This document shows, piece by piece, positions 38,935 to 52,651 of a DNA stretch of 64,000 nucleotides (its first letter is position 1; each line of letters starts with the position of its first letter). Below the pieces are notes generated by a model. It saw only the letters and a list, made by a program, of their open reading frames with translations. It was not told where the DNA came from and ran no database searches. The translations under genes and the position numbers were made by a program. The DNA comes from Camelus ferus (taxonomy: Eukaryota): contig NC_045697.1 of NCBI RefSeq assembly GCF_009834535.1, positions 5,210,001-5,274,000 on the forward strand, read 5' to 3'.

Positions 38935-40007
38935 AAAAAAGGCCATTCAAAAGATAATGGGAAGCCACCACTATGACCACTACGACATATGTCCATTTGC
39001 AGGGAAACCACAATGCAAAGCCCCAAATCCTATGGTGAGCAAGGCACAGACCATGAGTGGATTAAGTAGGTAGATTATTGCGGTAACAGCCGCCACTTTG
39101 TTCTTGTCTTTCTGCCTTCCTACCCTCATCAGCCTAGACTTCTATGGGTGGTGAAATTAGCCTTCAGAATGAAGGAGCAATTAGATTGCCTCAGACAAAC
39201 AAACACAGTGGGAAAATCAGACCTGCCCCACAAAATACGCTGAAAGGAGATTTCCAGGGAGAAGGAAAATACACAGGTCAGAAACTTGGGCATATGCAAA
39301 AGAGGGAAGGGAATAAGAGAAGGAGCACATGAAGAGTAAAATCTTTATTTTTCTCATTCTTCATTGATCTGGAAAATGACTTTTTGCTTAAAGTAAATAG
39401 AGTAATAACGTATTGGTGATGATAAGGTACAGACAATGAGGCTAATGAGAAGAAGAGCACAGGTGTGGGAGGGAGGAAGCAGGAAGGGAAGAAATCAGGG
39501 CTCAGAGGTGTTACCAGCCCAAAAAACACAGAGCTGGTAAACGCTGGGATGAAGACCCAGATCCTGACCTCTGTGATCCAAATCCCATGCCTTCTCCCTA
39601 GGAGAACCTTGAGAATACGTGGGAAGCTCCAGGCCTTCCCTTCTGGGCCCCATTTTCCAGTTAAAATTAGGAAAACCTCCAGCTTTCCCTTTGTTGACGA
39701 GGACGTTCCTCTGAGCCACACGTCTATGTGACACCACCTGAGCTTCCATCTCCATAAACAACAGCTCGTTTATCATGAAGCCTTAGAAATACCCATGGTC
39801 ACCTGGTAGACCCAGGGCTCTGGCCTCGCTGGCTGATCACCCCACTCACAGGATCCCAGCCACCGTGTACTAAGGGCATACTACGTGCCAGGGCGCGCTT
39901 TAAGCATTTGATGCGTATTTTAGCATTTAATCCTCTTAACGGCCTTATTTTCATCCCTATTTTACCAAACGGGACAGTGAATCCGGAGAGGACAGGCAGC
40001 TCACCTT

Positions 40008-40452
40008 GATGGGTGGCACTGCGTCCTCCAAAAGGGTATATTCACGTCCTAACACATGCAATCTGTGAATGTGACCGTGTTTGGACATAGGGTCCTTACT
40101 GCTGTCATCACGTTGAACTGAGGTCATACTGGATTAGGATGGGCTGAATCCAAGGACTGTTCTTACAAGAGGAGGGGAATTTGGACGGAAGACACACAGG
40201 GAGAATGCCACGTGATGACAGAGGCAGAGACTGGGTGATGCCTCTCCAAGTCAAGGAAGACCGAGGATGGCCAGCAACCCCAGCAGCCAAGAGACGCATA
40301 GAGCAGTTTCTCCCCTAGGAACCTCCCAGAAGATGCCTCTCTGCTGATACCTCGCTTTAGACTTCTGGTCTCCAGAGCTGTGAGAAATAAGACCCTGTTG
40401 TTTTAAGCCACCTAATTTGTGGTACTTTTAAGGCAATTGCAGGAAATGGACA
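40008..40452 (+). mobile_element. MaLR solo LTR (MLT1C/D-like)
   Basis: tgtgaatgtgacc..tttgga.atagggtc, gagaatgccacgtgatgacagaggcagagactgg and gttgttttaagccacctaatttgtggtact. Confidence 0.8.
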
Positions 40453-43400
40453 TGCCATCCAAAATCACACAAACTAGTCAGATGGGTAGACTGAGCTTGA
40501 ACACATATCTGCTTTACTTTGAAGTCCATGTCCTTCCTTTGAATCCAAGTTACTCTAGGCTAAAACCTAGAGAGGATATTTAAATGGGTACAGTTATATA
40601 GAAAACTCTTCTATCCTACCCACTATAATTACACAGAAATCAGCATAAGTAGGGTTTATCTACAATTTATTTTTAATAAGAAAAAAGAAGTAATTTTCTC
40701 ATATCAGTAAATTATTCTAAAAAAAAGTAGCTTTTAGGAAATATTATAGACTCCTCCACTAGACTGAAAGCTTCTTCCAAAGAAGAAAAATTGGGTCCCT
40801 GGTAATTTCACAGTGGTTGTCACATAACAGATGCTTAGAAATGTGGAAGAATAAATACTGCATGAGTGAATGTAAAAACAAAAAGCAGTGTGTGCTGTCT
40901 TGTAGAGAGAAAGTGAAATTGGTAATGTGCTGAATCAATCAAAGACAAATTAAACAAAGTTCAATATATTTAAAAAAAAAAAAAAAAAGTCCGTGCCCTT
41001 CACCCAGCCCTGTCCCACCTGCCTCGCACAGTGAAGAATTAGCCTGGGATGCTGGAGCAGGAAGGGTTTCAGCGATCAACCCACCCTAGTGTTCCGCAAA
41101 CTGGAATTCCTGGAGCACAGTTCGGGAGGGTGGACATAGGCAGGTCATGATGTAAATCTGGTGTTTAAGAAATCGTAAATCTTAGGCCGGGGCCCCCAGA
41201 AGCAATCTCCAAAAGAGGATGTGAACACAAAATTATATCGGGGAGGTGACCTCAGAAAACACTCACAGGGGAATAAGGAAGTAAACTGGGGAAGAGAAGT
41301 GTCCATGGTGATACACTCAAGTATCACCTCCTCTGGGAAGCCCTCTCTGGTTGCCCTGGGCAGAGTTCATCCTTATCTCATGCTTCCCTCAAAATGTGTT
41401 CATTCCCATGTTATAGAATTTATCATTCTATCTAGAATGTGTAGCTTTACATAGTGTCTCCCCATGAGCATAAGTTCTTGAAGAGCATTTTCTTTTTAAA
41501 TTCTCCAGACAGTAGAGAAGAGAGTTGGTGGAGGTTAATGATGGACAGATTATTATACCACGGAGATCATGAATGCCCTACACCTGGTTTCTAATGAAAC
41601 GCTACAAAGCTGTGCGATTTGGATGAAGCAATCAGCTTTATGGGAGAAAGCAAATCTCACAAGGCCAAGGTTGGCAGGAGGGGTGACATCCTCCCACCCT
41701 CTCTTGGAGAGGTGTGCTGGGCCAGGGTACTCTGCTGGATGCCCAGACTGGGTCTACCATCCAGTGGAGGGACCCTGCCCCCTGTTGCTGTCCTTCTGTG
41801 CGGGGACAATCAAAATGGGAACCTTACAAATGGAGGAATAATTTAACACTTTGGGTACCAACCTGGATTTTGGTGTCCGCTCTTACAGTTGTCCAGGAAC
41901 GCTGGCTGCCCAGCACCTGGGTGCCTTGAAGTTGGCCATTGGAGGTAGAAGTCCCTCTGGTCATGGGAAGTGGAGAGAAAGTGCAGCCCCACCCAGGAGA
42001 GGGGACCCCAGGGCCACTGCCAGCTCTGTGTTCGGCAGCCTAATTAAGCTCCAGCGCTGGGGTTTTGTTTACTGCTCCGCGCACCGCGGAATGAGGGGCA
42101 GACGCCCCAGATCAGTCTATTTTAGGATCAATCGTCCTCTGCTATGCCAGGCTCCACGCGGGTCCTGAGTGGCCCCCACACCGTGGCACGCGGTGGAGCC
42201 GTCGAGGACCCTGTGTCAGTTTTGCAATCATTCACTATGTATCCTTCAAGCTCTGACTACATGCTGCTCAAGGGCACGGAAGAAAATGAAGAAAAAAATC
42301 TCCATTTGCGGAGTTTACATTCCAAGAAGAAAGATAAACAAGAAAGTAAGCTTTTTTGTTTGTTTTTGGACAACAAAATATTTCAGGAAGTGACAAGTAC
42401 TCTAAAGAAGTGAAATTGCCCTTAAACTCAAACTGAAATCAGCTGATCTAGGATGCGGTAACTGCCCACCATCAGAATCTGATAGAAGAGTGTATGCCCC
42501 TTGGACCAAGGCATGAGGAGCTCGTCTGCTCTTCTCTTTTTAAGGACCTGGGAGATCATAAAAACACCTGCAATGTGTTAGAACCCATGGGGGCTCTGTT
42601 CCCTGGGAGGTGGCACAGAACATCCCATAATCGAAAAGACAGGTCAGGAAGCCCGGGAATGCTTCTCGGCATCTCTGGCATTATCTCCCAAGAATAAAAC
42701 GTGGCTGTGTGCCCATGCTTCCAAGATTTGTAAGCTGACTTGCTGCTGATGTTCAAGACAGACACTGCTTCCAAGAGTAAGAAGGATTCAAGGAGACAAA
42801 GGGTTTAGGTACAAGAAAAGGCAAATCAGCGAACACGTGGAATCCCTGCCCTGGGGTACTTGAATGCAGCCGATTCCTGCATAACAGAGCACTGTTTCCC
42901 TGCAGGGCTGAGTGTCCATTTCTTGCCTCCTTTTGGCTCCAAGACGTAGACCCAGAGGCACTCACGACTCGGCCAGGAATTGGCACGAAATGCTTGGGGT
43001 TAGGAAAACTTTGCCTTAGTGAGCGTTCACCCGGTGCTTATTGGGGTATGTGTAAGTCCAGCTGTAACTTGTCCACGGCGCGACACAGATTCTTTATGTC
43101 TGCAGCTAGGTGGACGTCGAACACTTGAATCAAAGTCGTTTTATTTCATGAAAACAGTCAATGAGATTTCATTACATTTTTAAAGGGATAAATCAACTTT
43201 GATTGGTTTGAAGTATTAAAAACTTTTTTGCTTCTACTATCATTTATATTCTGCCTTTTCCTTTAAAAGATAATTTTGAATATTATAAAAGAAAAATAAC
43301 TTTTTGAAAATATACATGAAGAATAATGCAAAAAAATTTTACAATCACTTTAATTTATGTGTCTAATGCAAATATATTTTAATTTCTCAAAGATACTTTA

Positions 43401-43816
43401 GCTCACAGAAATTTTGCTGGGAATGCCCAGCCTCTCTTTCCTACCTGGCCCCCCGCCCCATACAGCCTCAGTTCAGGGCTCAGTTCAGCCATCTCCTCAT
43501 GTGGAAATGCCCCCTTCTTCCTGGCCCCCCCGACAAAGTGATGAGCTCCTTTCCCACCCTCCTGCAGCCCTTAGGACATCCTAGGTCAGGCACCACGTAC
43601 CTGGAAGGGGGTCACCCAAAATAGTGGGGAAGGAAACATTGTGAAATATATTGTCTCCCTTTTTATAACTCCTTCCTCCTGTCTGCATGACATGCCAATC
43701 CCTCCTCCAGTCTCCACAAAGACCAAGAACATAATTCACCATTTACCCATTTATTGAGCAATTACTATATGCCAATTTGTATCATAAGCATGTTATACTC
43801 ACTCATTTTAACCATT

Positions 43817-44595
43817 TTTTTTACATTTTTTATTCAGTAATAGTCATTTTACAATGTTGTGTCAAATTCTAATGTAGAGCACAATTTTTCAGTTATACAT
43901 GAACACATATATATTCATTGTCACATTTTTTTCGCTATGAGCTACCACAGATCTTGTATGTATTTTCCTGTGCTATACAGTATACTCTTGTTTATCTAGT
44001 CTGCATTTTAAAATCCCAATCTGTCTCTTCCCACCCTCCGCCCCCTTGGCAACCACAAGTTTGTATTCTATGTCTATGAGTCTGTTTCTGTTTTGTATTT
44101 ATTTATTTGTTTGTTTGTTTGTTTTTAGATTCCTCATATAAGCGATCTCATATGGTATTTTTCTTTCTCTTTCTGGCTTACTTCACTTAGAGTGACATTC
44201 TCCAAGAACATCCATGTTGCTGCAAATGGAGTTATGTTGTCAGTTTTTGTGGCTGAATAGTATTCCATTGTATAAATATAATACATCTTCTTTATTCAGT
44301 CATCTGTTGATGGACATTTAGGCTGTTTCCATGTCTTGGCTATTGTAAATACTGCTGCTATGTACACTGGAGTGCAGGTGTCTTTTTGAAGTAGGGTTCC
44401 TTCTAGATATATGTCCAGGAGCGGGATTCCTGGGTCATATAGTTAAGTCTATTCCTAGTCTTTTGAGGAATCTCCATACTGTTTTCCACAGTGGCTTTCC
44501 TTGCTTCCCTCTCCCACTCTTAATGATTTTGATGTTTTCTTTTACAATTTTGTGTTTATTCTATTTGGAATTCATGGTAGTTATCACCTTTCCAG
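43817..44595 (-). mobile_element. Young L1 3' end with a non-colinear 5' segment, inserted in a MIR
   Basis: 43817-44496 is the reverse complement of the 38230-38934 L1 end; TSD ttttaaccatt at about 43806-43816 and 44596-44606. Confidence 0.88.
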
Positions 44596-46639
44596 TTTTA
44601 ACCATTCTTGTAAAGATTACTTTTTCGTTTTTGACATTTTTCAACAGTAAGGCTCAGACACAGATTCATCTACTCATTTCTTTGATCAAACTATATTGAG
44701 ATTTCCTCTGAAATGGTCACTGCTAGGTGCCACAAATAAAGAAGGAAAGATGTGTGATGCACACAACTTAATGGCGATGTGAAGATGCATGGTTCTGAAA
44801 TGCCACAGCTGGTGAGAGTTGGAGCCAAGCACATCCAGCAGTGGCTGTCGGGCTGCAAACTTCGGGTGCTCAGCCATGAGCTAAAATCCACCCACTGCAG
44901 TGGGATCTGCAAATCGGGCAGAGGTTTCCAGATATCTGTGGGACCCTGGAACCAGGGTTACATCTAATTATGAAAAAGCATTTTCATCACCATTCGAAGG
45001 AAGTCACTGATCACCAGTGGGGGGAAAAGCAGGCGTCAGCTGGGAAAAAGTCCATGAAGACTCTTGCTACTGACACGTGCAGGACTTCTGTGACAAAGCT
45101 GCCAGGAAAATGCACCTTGAACCCAGGTCTGTTGATGGAGCCTGAAGAAGGACCCAGGGTGCCCCTCAACCTAACTGACAAGTTTACTCCAGGGCTGAGA
45201 CCAAGAATCAGCCAAATGAACGTAAAGATGTAAGGATAGTTTTATTTTGCTTATTTTTGAACAATAGGTCAAGCAGGAAAATATGAAAATTCCTCTGGAA
45301 AACATGTGACATGTTCCCAACAGGCAAAGTTGTGTCTAAGTGCGTAGATTGATTTTGACAAAACATCAGGCAGAAACCTTCGCTTCGGGACATCAGTAGC
45401 GAAGATGAGAAGGCTGTAGCCAGAAGTCCTGCAGGAGTGTGGCGCTTACAGAAGCTACTGATGAAATCCATTCGATCTGCCATTCATTCACCAAATACAG
45501 AGAAGGAAGGGAGCACGTAGAATATTTCTGGAGTCAGTCGCTGCCCTGCGAGCTCAGGATCCAGCTGTGAGCAATGCAGAAGGTGTACAGGAAAGAAGAA
45601 CAGTCAACAAGCAAAGATCTTGCCTAATGTCGGGACAGGTGAACAGAAGAATTCAGCAAAGAGAACACAGCAGGTGGCTCATCCTGCCTGGGGTCAGAAA
45701 ATGCCTTGTTAGGGAACAGACAGTCTGGGATGCCTGGTAGCCTGAGCCTGATTGCAGTAGTGCTCAGAGCAGGGAATGGTGTTGCAGGCAGGGGAGCAGC
45801 ATGGTCAGAAGCCCAGGCATCAGAGGGAAAATGACACATTTGAGGCATGTGGTTTGTAAGTGATGCCCGCGTATAAGAGGTTATTGTTACAGTGTATTCA
45901 GTGGGAAAGGCTTGATGAATTTCCATACCTCTTCTGGTTCATTTTTCAAAAGACGAATTGTGCAGTTGTCAGAGACCCAATTGCTACTGAAATCTCTGCT
46001 GAACCAATGAATAAGCAAATAATAAGAGCCTAGCCCTCCCCAGAGTTGAGACAGAATTAGGAAGAACTATGTGGCAGCGTGAAATTGGCGTGACCTGTCT
46101 GGAAATGTAGATGATATTCCTTCCTCTGCCTTTTTGCCTTTTCTTCTTTGTTCCGAAATGTTTCAAGGGTATAATTCTATAATTTTTTTAGGGCCTCGCA
46201 TCTCCTGTGCATCAGTGAATTCCACTCAATTTGCAAAATACCCTGAAAATATGTGATAAGTAAACATAGTCCATGTGAGGGTTGGCGTGTTTGGAGACCC
46301 CCAGCGACAAAGATGCTTTAGAGACATCTTCATACCATCAACTCTGGGACCCGGACCATCAATTACCAGCAGTGTAATTTTGGCAAGACGTGGCCCCTTT
46401 GAACCTAAGAGCCTCAAGTTAAAATGAGGATTTATACCCATCTCTCAGGGGGGTTGTTTGCTCAGAAAGTACTGAGAGCAGCAACCCTACGTGCTCAGGA
46501 CACGTCCGTGCCTTCCTTACCTTCCTTCTTCTGTGCCATAAGCCAGCCTCCCTCCCTCTCAGAAACTAGGGCCTCTTCATGAGGGAAAAAAGGAACCATT
46601 CAAAGAAAAAAGAAAAAAAATAGTAGGTCACACTTAGCA

Positions 46640-47290
46640 CGGCTCCCCGTGCCAGCACCGGGGCCGCACAGCCAGTTTCAGAAACGGTTTCTGCAGAGGT
46701 GAGATGCCTCCCCCCAGGGTTGAAGTCCTTCTCGCCCACTTCCTGCCCGGGTGTGTGTTGGCTGCGGGGCTTCCTGGAGGGATGGAGCCAAAACACTCAA
46801 AGTGCTTCCCGCGGGAGGAAGCCTTCGCTTCACAGAAGTTGGAGTCCCTGGAACAGGAAGGCCGAGGGGGGTTTCGGGGGCCCTGGGTTACGGGGGCCGC
46901 GCTGCGATGCCGGCCCCCCAGGCTTCACGGTCCGGGAGGGAAGGCAACAGAGGCACCATTTACTCCTGCATCCCGCCCGCACTCCAGGTCCCACGGGGGG
47001 GCTGAAGCGCGGGCCCAGCTCCCGGAGGGGAGGTGTCCTGTCCCCGCGCCCGGGCCCCTTCTTCCGGTGCGCGTGTGCGCTGGGACTGGAGGTGGGAACT
47101 GTTTTCTGGGGCTGGAAATCACATTAATAATGATAATAGCAAACCCACAATGCTTTCTCTCTACCACACACTGGCTGGTCTCAGGGGCTGGCAATGTATT
47201 AACCATTCAATCCCCCCTCGGCCCTGGGCGGGGCGGGGCGGGGGGGGGGCGGTAACCGACGTTGCCTCCACTTCAGCGGTGAGGAGACAA
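46640..47290. promoter_or_regulatory. Intergenic CpG-rich island with clustered GC boxes
   Basis: Locally dense CpG/GC; GGGCGGGGCGGGGCGGGGGGGGGG at 47226-47249. Confidence 0.55.
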
Positions 47291-47364
47291 AGTCACACAG
47301 CTAGAAAGTGACAGAGCTTAGGTCTCTGGTTTGAGTTTGAACCTCTAAATCAAGCTGGCCTCTG

Positions 47365-48045
47365 AAAGAAAGTAGAATGGTGAGGGCCAGGGGCTGTGGG
47401 AGAGAAAATGAGGGGTGAGTATTTAAGGGGTGCAGAGTTTCAGTTGGGGAAGGTGAAAAGGTTCTGGAGATGGATGGTGGTGATGACTGTACAACAAAGA
47501 GAAAACACTTAATGTTAACCAAACTGGACACTTAGAAATGGTTTAAATGATTTGCATCAACATGGAGGGAACTGGAGATCGTCATTCTAAGTGAAGTAAG
47601 CCAGAAAGAGAAAGAAAAATACCATATGAGACCATTTATAAGTGGAGTCTAAAAAAAAAAAGAAAGACATAAATGAACTTATTTACAAAACAGACAGACT
47701 CATATAGAAAACAAACTTTTGGTTACCAGTGGGGAAAGAGGGTGGGAGGGATAAATCGGGAGTTTGGAATTTGCAGGTACAAATTATTATATATAAAAGG
47801 ATAAATCACAAGGTCCTACTATATACCACAGAGAACTACATTTAGTATCTTGTAATGGCCTATAATGAAAAATAATATGAAAAGGAACATTAATATATAT
47901 GTATATGTGTAACAGAATCACTACACTGTACACCAGAAATTAACACAACATTGTAAATTAACTATACTTCAATTTTTAAAAATTTAGTAAGTTTTAATGG
48001 TTGAAATGGTTTAAAAAATCTATCTTACGTATGTTTTACCGCAGC
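47365..48045 (+). mobile_element. Old L1MB-like 3' end interrupted by a younger L1 3' end (47548-48002)
   Basis: gttctggagatggatggtggtgatg L1MB tail; 13-bp TSD gaaatggtttaaa at 47535-47547 and 48003-48015. Confidence 0.85.
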
Positions 48046-48854
48046 AGAAATTTTTTCCATGGGCGAAGGGAATATAGTGTAGCTCTAGAAATACGCATCC
48101 GATTGCATGAGACATGGACCATCTTTCATTATAAAATAAATCATTAAAGATGGAAATGGTGGCATCGACTTTTCATAGATCAGGAACCAGAACCGGCTAC
48201 GGGTCTCAGTTTTTAAATTTAAAAGAACTCTGGTTGTATAAGGCCTGACACCAACGCAACAAGCACCTTTGCTCAGCTAAGTCAGTTCTCTTAATGTATT
48301 GAGAAGAATCAGTTAAGTGAAGCATTTGGTGTCCTATCAACAAAACAAAGGGGAAAAGATCTGGGCATCTGAATACAATTGCTAATACAACACACTCTCT
48401 GCTAGCAACCAGGGAATTTTCCAGGTGCCCTGGAGGCAGGGTCTGGGAAGGGAGATCGCTCTCCAGTGAGCAGCTCCCAGTCTGCCTGAAACAGGTGCCC
48501 CACTTAAATCATAATGACCACCTCCCTGTGCGGGACCTCAGGACACCGAGAACCAGGCGGACCAAGCACGTGGCCGAGAGGTGGACCAGAGCCTGCTTTG
48601 CCCGAGAGCCCACACTCAGGATGCTGTGGCCCGCAGACTCATCCACGGACCCCTTAAAATCAGCGCATCAGCATGTTTAGAATGGAGGAAAATCCAAACA
48701 TCACCTTAAACATAGTCATCTCTCATTTCCCAAGGAAATTAAGGTTTGGAGGTAATGAGTTGTCCAGTATCATACGGCTTGTTAGCGTGTAAGGAAGTGA
48801 TTTTCTTCCTTCTCTCCGACCCTCAGCAAATATTTACAGAGTCCCTTCCCTTAA

Positions 48855-49110
48855 GTGGCAGCATAGTGAGGTGTCAGGAACACAGACTTGAGCCCGCCTG
48901 TCTGGTCTGAACCTGGGCTCCACTGCGAGTTAATCGAGCAAGTCACTCTCCTTCTTGTTTCACTCGTGCCTCATCTGTGAAGTGGGGAGCTGATGATACC
49001 AGCTCCCACCTGGCAGGGCTTTAGGGTGGTCGCCGTGGTTAACGTGCACAGCGCCCTGAGAAAAACACCAAGCACTCAGCCAGCTCCGTATCCACGTTAG
49101 CTGTCATTAG
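48855..49110 (+). mobile_element. MIR SINE
   Basis: ggcagcatagtg...gcaagtcact...cctcatctgtgaagtgggg core. Confidence 0.7.
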
Positions 49111-49384
49111 TTCCCAGGTCCCCGAACCACGCATGATGGGATGTGGAAGTTGGGCGGAAAATTCGCATCAACTTCACACTTTTGCCAAGTGTCAACCTTA
49201 CCTCATCTTACAGCCTCCAGGGACACAGAGACGACCAACTCAACTCCTCAACCAGGAAATCCTGAGCCTGATACAGACACTGATGAATACACCACTGGAA
49301 GGCAGCCTGGGGAATCTTACATATGTGTTATTAAACTGAAAAATTACAATCCTCAAGGAATAACCTCAAGTGATCAGGTGTCTT

Positions 49385-50020
49385 TCAGTGTATTGTTTTC
49401 AAGTGCTGTGTGATGAATGACTGCAAACTTCAAGGCTGAAAACAACACTCATTGATTAGCTCCTGGCCCTGGGGGGCAGACGTCTGGGTGGGACCAGCTG
49501 CGTTTTCCGCTCTGGGTCTCACTGGCCTGGCCCCCTCTCTGGGGGCTCTGGGTCAGAATCTGTCCCCAAGCTTGTTCAGGTAATTGACAGACCCAGTTCC
49601 TTATGGCTGTAGGTCTGAGGTTGCCACCTCTGTGCTGGAGGTCAACCAGGGCCCCTCTCTGTCCCTAAGGCTGCCCCCCTGCTCCTTCTCATGCCCCCTC
49701 TGCCTTCAGACCAGCGGTGGCTGGTCAAATCCTTTCCACACTCGGAGTCTCTCTGACCTCCTCTTCTGCCACCAACCTGAGAAAACTCTCTGCTTTTCAA
49801 GGGTTTGTGGGATTGGATCAGGGTCACCAAGGTAATCTCCCTTTTGAGTAACTCAGAGTCAACTGATGAGTGACCTCCAGGACACGCACACCACCCCTGT
49901 TGCCCTATAGCTAACCCAACCGCAGCAGCGGTTCCCCATCCGCCACAGGGTCTGCCCACACGCAAGGGGACAGGGCTCCACGGGGATCTAGAGGTCGGGG
50001 TAGAATTCTGCCTCCCACAG
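49385..50020 (-). mobile_element. MaLR LTR (MLT1E/F-like)
   Basis: ggctgaaaacaacactcattgattagctc, cagttccttatggctgtagg.ctgagg and taatctccc..ttgagtaactcagagtcaactga. Confidence 0.65.
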
Positions 50021-52244
50021 TCAGGCTGGGCTCTGTTCTGCTCCGATAACGAGTCCCAGTCCACACACAGGTGGGCTGAGGCATGGCTCCGGGTCTCCAC
50101 CTTGGGGTGAGGCCGGTGGAACAGTCACTATCTCTGACTTGGTGGTCCCACAGCAGAGAGCGAGGGAAAGCGGCTAGCAGGCTCGGGCTCTTAAAGCTTC
50201 TGCCCGGAAGCAAAACGCATCGTGTCCTCTTCTGCATCACTGCACAAGGTAACTCACTTGGCCACGCATCACTTCAAGGAGGCGGAAAAGCTCAGTCTTG
50301 GTGTGCGTCTGGGAGAGGGCAGACTGGGCGTGTTTCAGGACCAGCACCAACGATCACCACGAATAGGGACTCAGCAAAGCGAAAGCAGTGGTTGTGAGCG
50401 CAGCTCTATGCGCGCGCTCTGCTGGGTTCTCCATCAGTCAGACCTCTTCTATTTGCAAGAGAGAAAAAGTCTTACTGAAAGCAGCTCTAGCCAAAAGGAA
50501 ACACTAGGTCTGTAGCTAGAAATGACCCCAAGGTGACTTGCAGAGTCTAAGGAGGAATTCCAAGTCTGGGCCTCTGGGACTAGAATCGGAGATGCAGACT
50601 CTTCCTCCCTCCATCTCCCAGCTCTGCTTCTGGCCTGGCCTGCTCCTCCCGCAGAGAGCTCCACCCCAGGGCAGGAGACACAACTGCCGGCAACCACAGT
50701 AGGGGCATTGTTGGAATGAGAGTGCGACTTTCTTCCCATACCCATCCGTTCATCCCAGGGAAGGATGCTGATTGGTCCATCCTGGGCCATGCGCCCATCA
50801 TTATTAATTACCATAGTGGGGAGGTGAGAGTGGGCCTGAGATGGAATTAGTGAACAAGGTCCACAACCAGAAAAAAAAAAAAAAAAGAAGAAGAAGAAAG
50901 AAAAAAAGTAAAGAAAATGAAAGCCACAGCCTCCACTGTCACTCACTCCAGCTGTTTCATATTTATTTCATCTTCACAAAAATGCTGGGCGATGAAAGCT
51001 GTAAACCCTGTGCAGCAGAAGACGACAAGGGCTGATGAGATCTGCACCGTCACGTCATAATAGCAGAAGTGGGTTTAAACCGAAGCCGGTGTTACTCCAA
51101 AGCCTGTGCTCTTCCTGCTAAGCCATGCTGGGGCTCTTCTGGAAAGACTTTTTCTGAGTCTTTTCCACACAAACAGGCCATAGGAAAACATTCGGGAGAA
51201 CTTGTCCTGCACCCTGTTTCCCATTAAAATTTGAATCTTTTGAGCTTATAGAGGGGTCTCTATTCTGAAACGTGGGATTACTTCCATAATCACTGTCCCA
51301 GAGCAAAAGCCAGCCTCAGTGTTTGTCCTCATTCCTTTACTCTGGACCATGTGGGCCAACTTTCCACTTGGCTTTGCCAGGAGAACAAGCTCAGAAACAC
51401 ATCCCATAAACAGAGGCGATGTGTTGATTTTAACCAAAGGAACACTGCTGTCAACAGGAACGCTGGAGGCAACGTTCCGGCTAGTTGTTCAACCTGCACC
51501 CCCTCCCTCCAGTGCGGCCTGGCTGTCCCTGCTGGGTCAGGGGGCACAGGCATCCCTGGCTCCTGGCTTCTGACCTCAGAACACAAGCAGGAGCTGGAAG
51601 CGCAGAGGTGGCCTCTTTGCTAGAGAAGGGGCCTCCTGCACCAGTCCCTGATGTCAGCATCTCAGGCTCTGGGTGTCTAGTGTGACTGATGCTTTCCACA
51701 GAATGGAAACTGCTACTGGACTCTTCCACCCACTGGCAAAAACAGCTCCTGGCTGGATGCTGGGCAACAGAGGAGGTCTGAGATTGGCCGTGGCCTTTTC
51801 GGCTTTGGCTGCCATCACAAGCAGGCCCAGGACAGGAACATAAGGAACAGTCAGGAGAGGTGTGATTCTGCGTTTGAGCCACATAACAAGGGGTCAGGAA
51901 AACACCGAGTGCCTATTTTTTATGACTTGCTCAGGAATTTCCCATAAGCCCCTAAGGCTGGGAGCAAAACATATTTCCCTGGTTACGTGCATCACTGACT
52001 GGAAGATGCCAGTCTGCACAGCCAGAAAGAAAAGGTTAAATGCTCTTTATCTAAAAAGGAGTCTCTGACTGTGAAAATACGAGGTCACAAGACAGACAGG
52101 GGTAGGGTCTGCTACTAGCACAAAGCTCAGGATTTCTTTCAGTGCTTAAGGGATGGGCTAGCATGTGTCCTGGACTCTAGTGGCAGCCACGTTGTGACTG
52201 AATAGGGACTCACTTGGCTATAAGATGGAGTCAGTAATATATAT

Positions 52245-52651
52245 GTCAGTTCAGGTTCAACTGAAGAAACAGAAGCAGAGACATAGTAAGATATTTATTT
52301 TATTGCAGAGGATCAGCTGACACGGCTGTGGAGGCCGGCCAAGAAAGTCCAAAACAGCAGGGCAGGCTGTCAGGAAGGGCAGGCTAGAACTTGTGGGGAC
52401 AAAGTTACTCCACAGGCAGGGTTTCTTCTCCCTCAGAGAAATTCTTCTTCATCAGCTCTGCCCTTCACATCATTCAGCTGATTGCATCAGGCCCACCCAG
52501 AATATCTAGGCTATTCTGCTATTCCTTAGAGTCAACTGCTTATGGACTTTAACCGCAGCTACAAACACCTTCACAGTAACACCCGGAATAGCAGTTGATC
52601 GAGTAACTGGGACGGTAGCCTGACAGAATTGACACATCAAAGGCCGTCACA
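52245..52651 (-). mobile_element. MLT2 (ERVL) solo LTR
   Basis: tcaggcccaccca...agtcaactg...caccttcacagtaacacc...ttgacacatcaaa...tcaca, typical of MLT2. Confidence 0.75.

Noticed and set aside
46699..47255. 142-aa and 183-aa ORFs in the intergenic CpG patch
   Set aside because: GC-driven open frames with no recognisable domain or exon structure.
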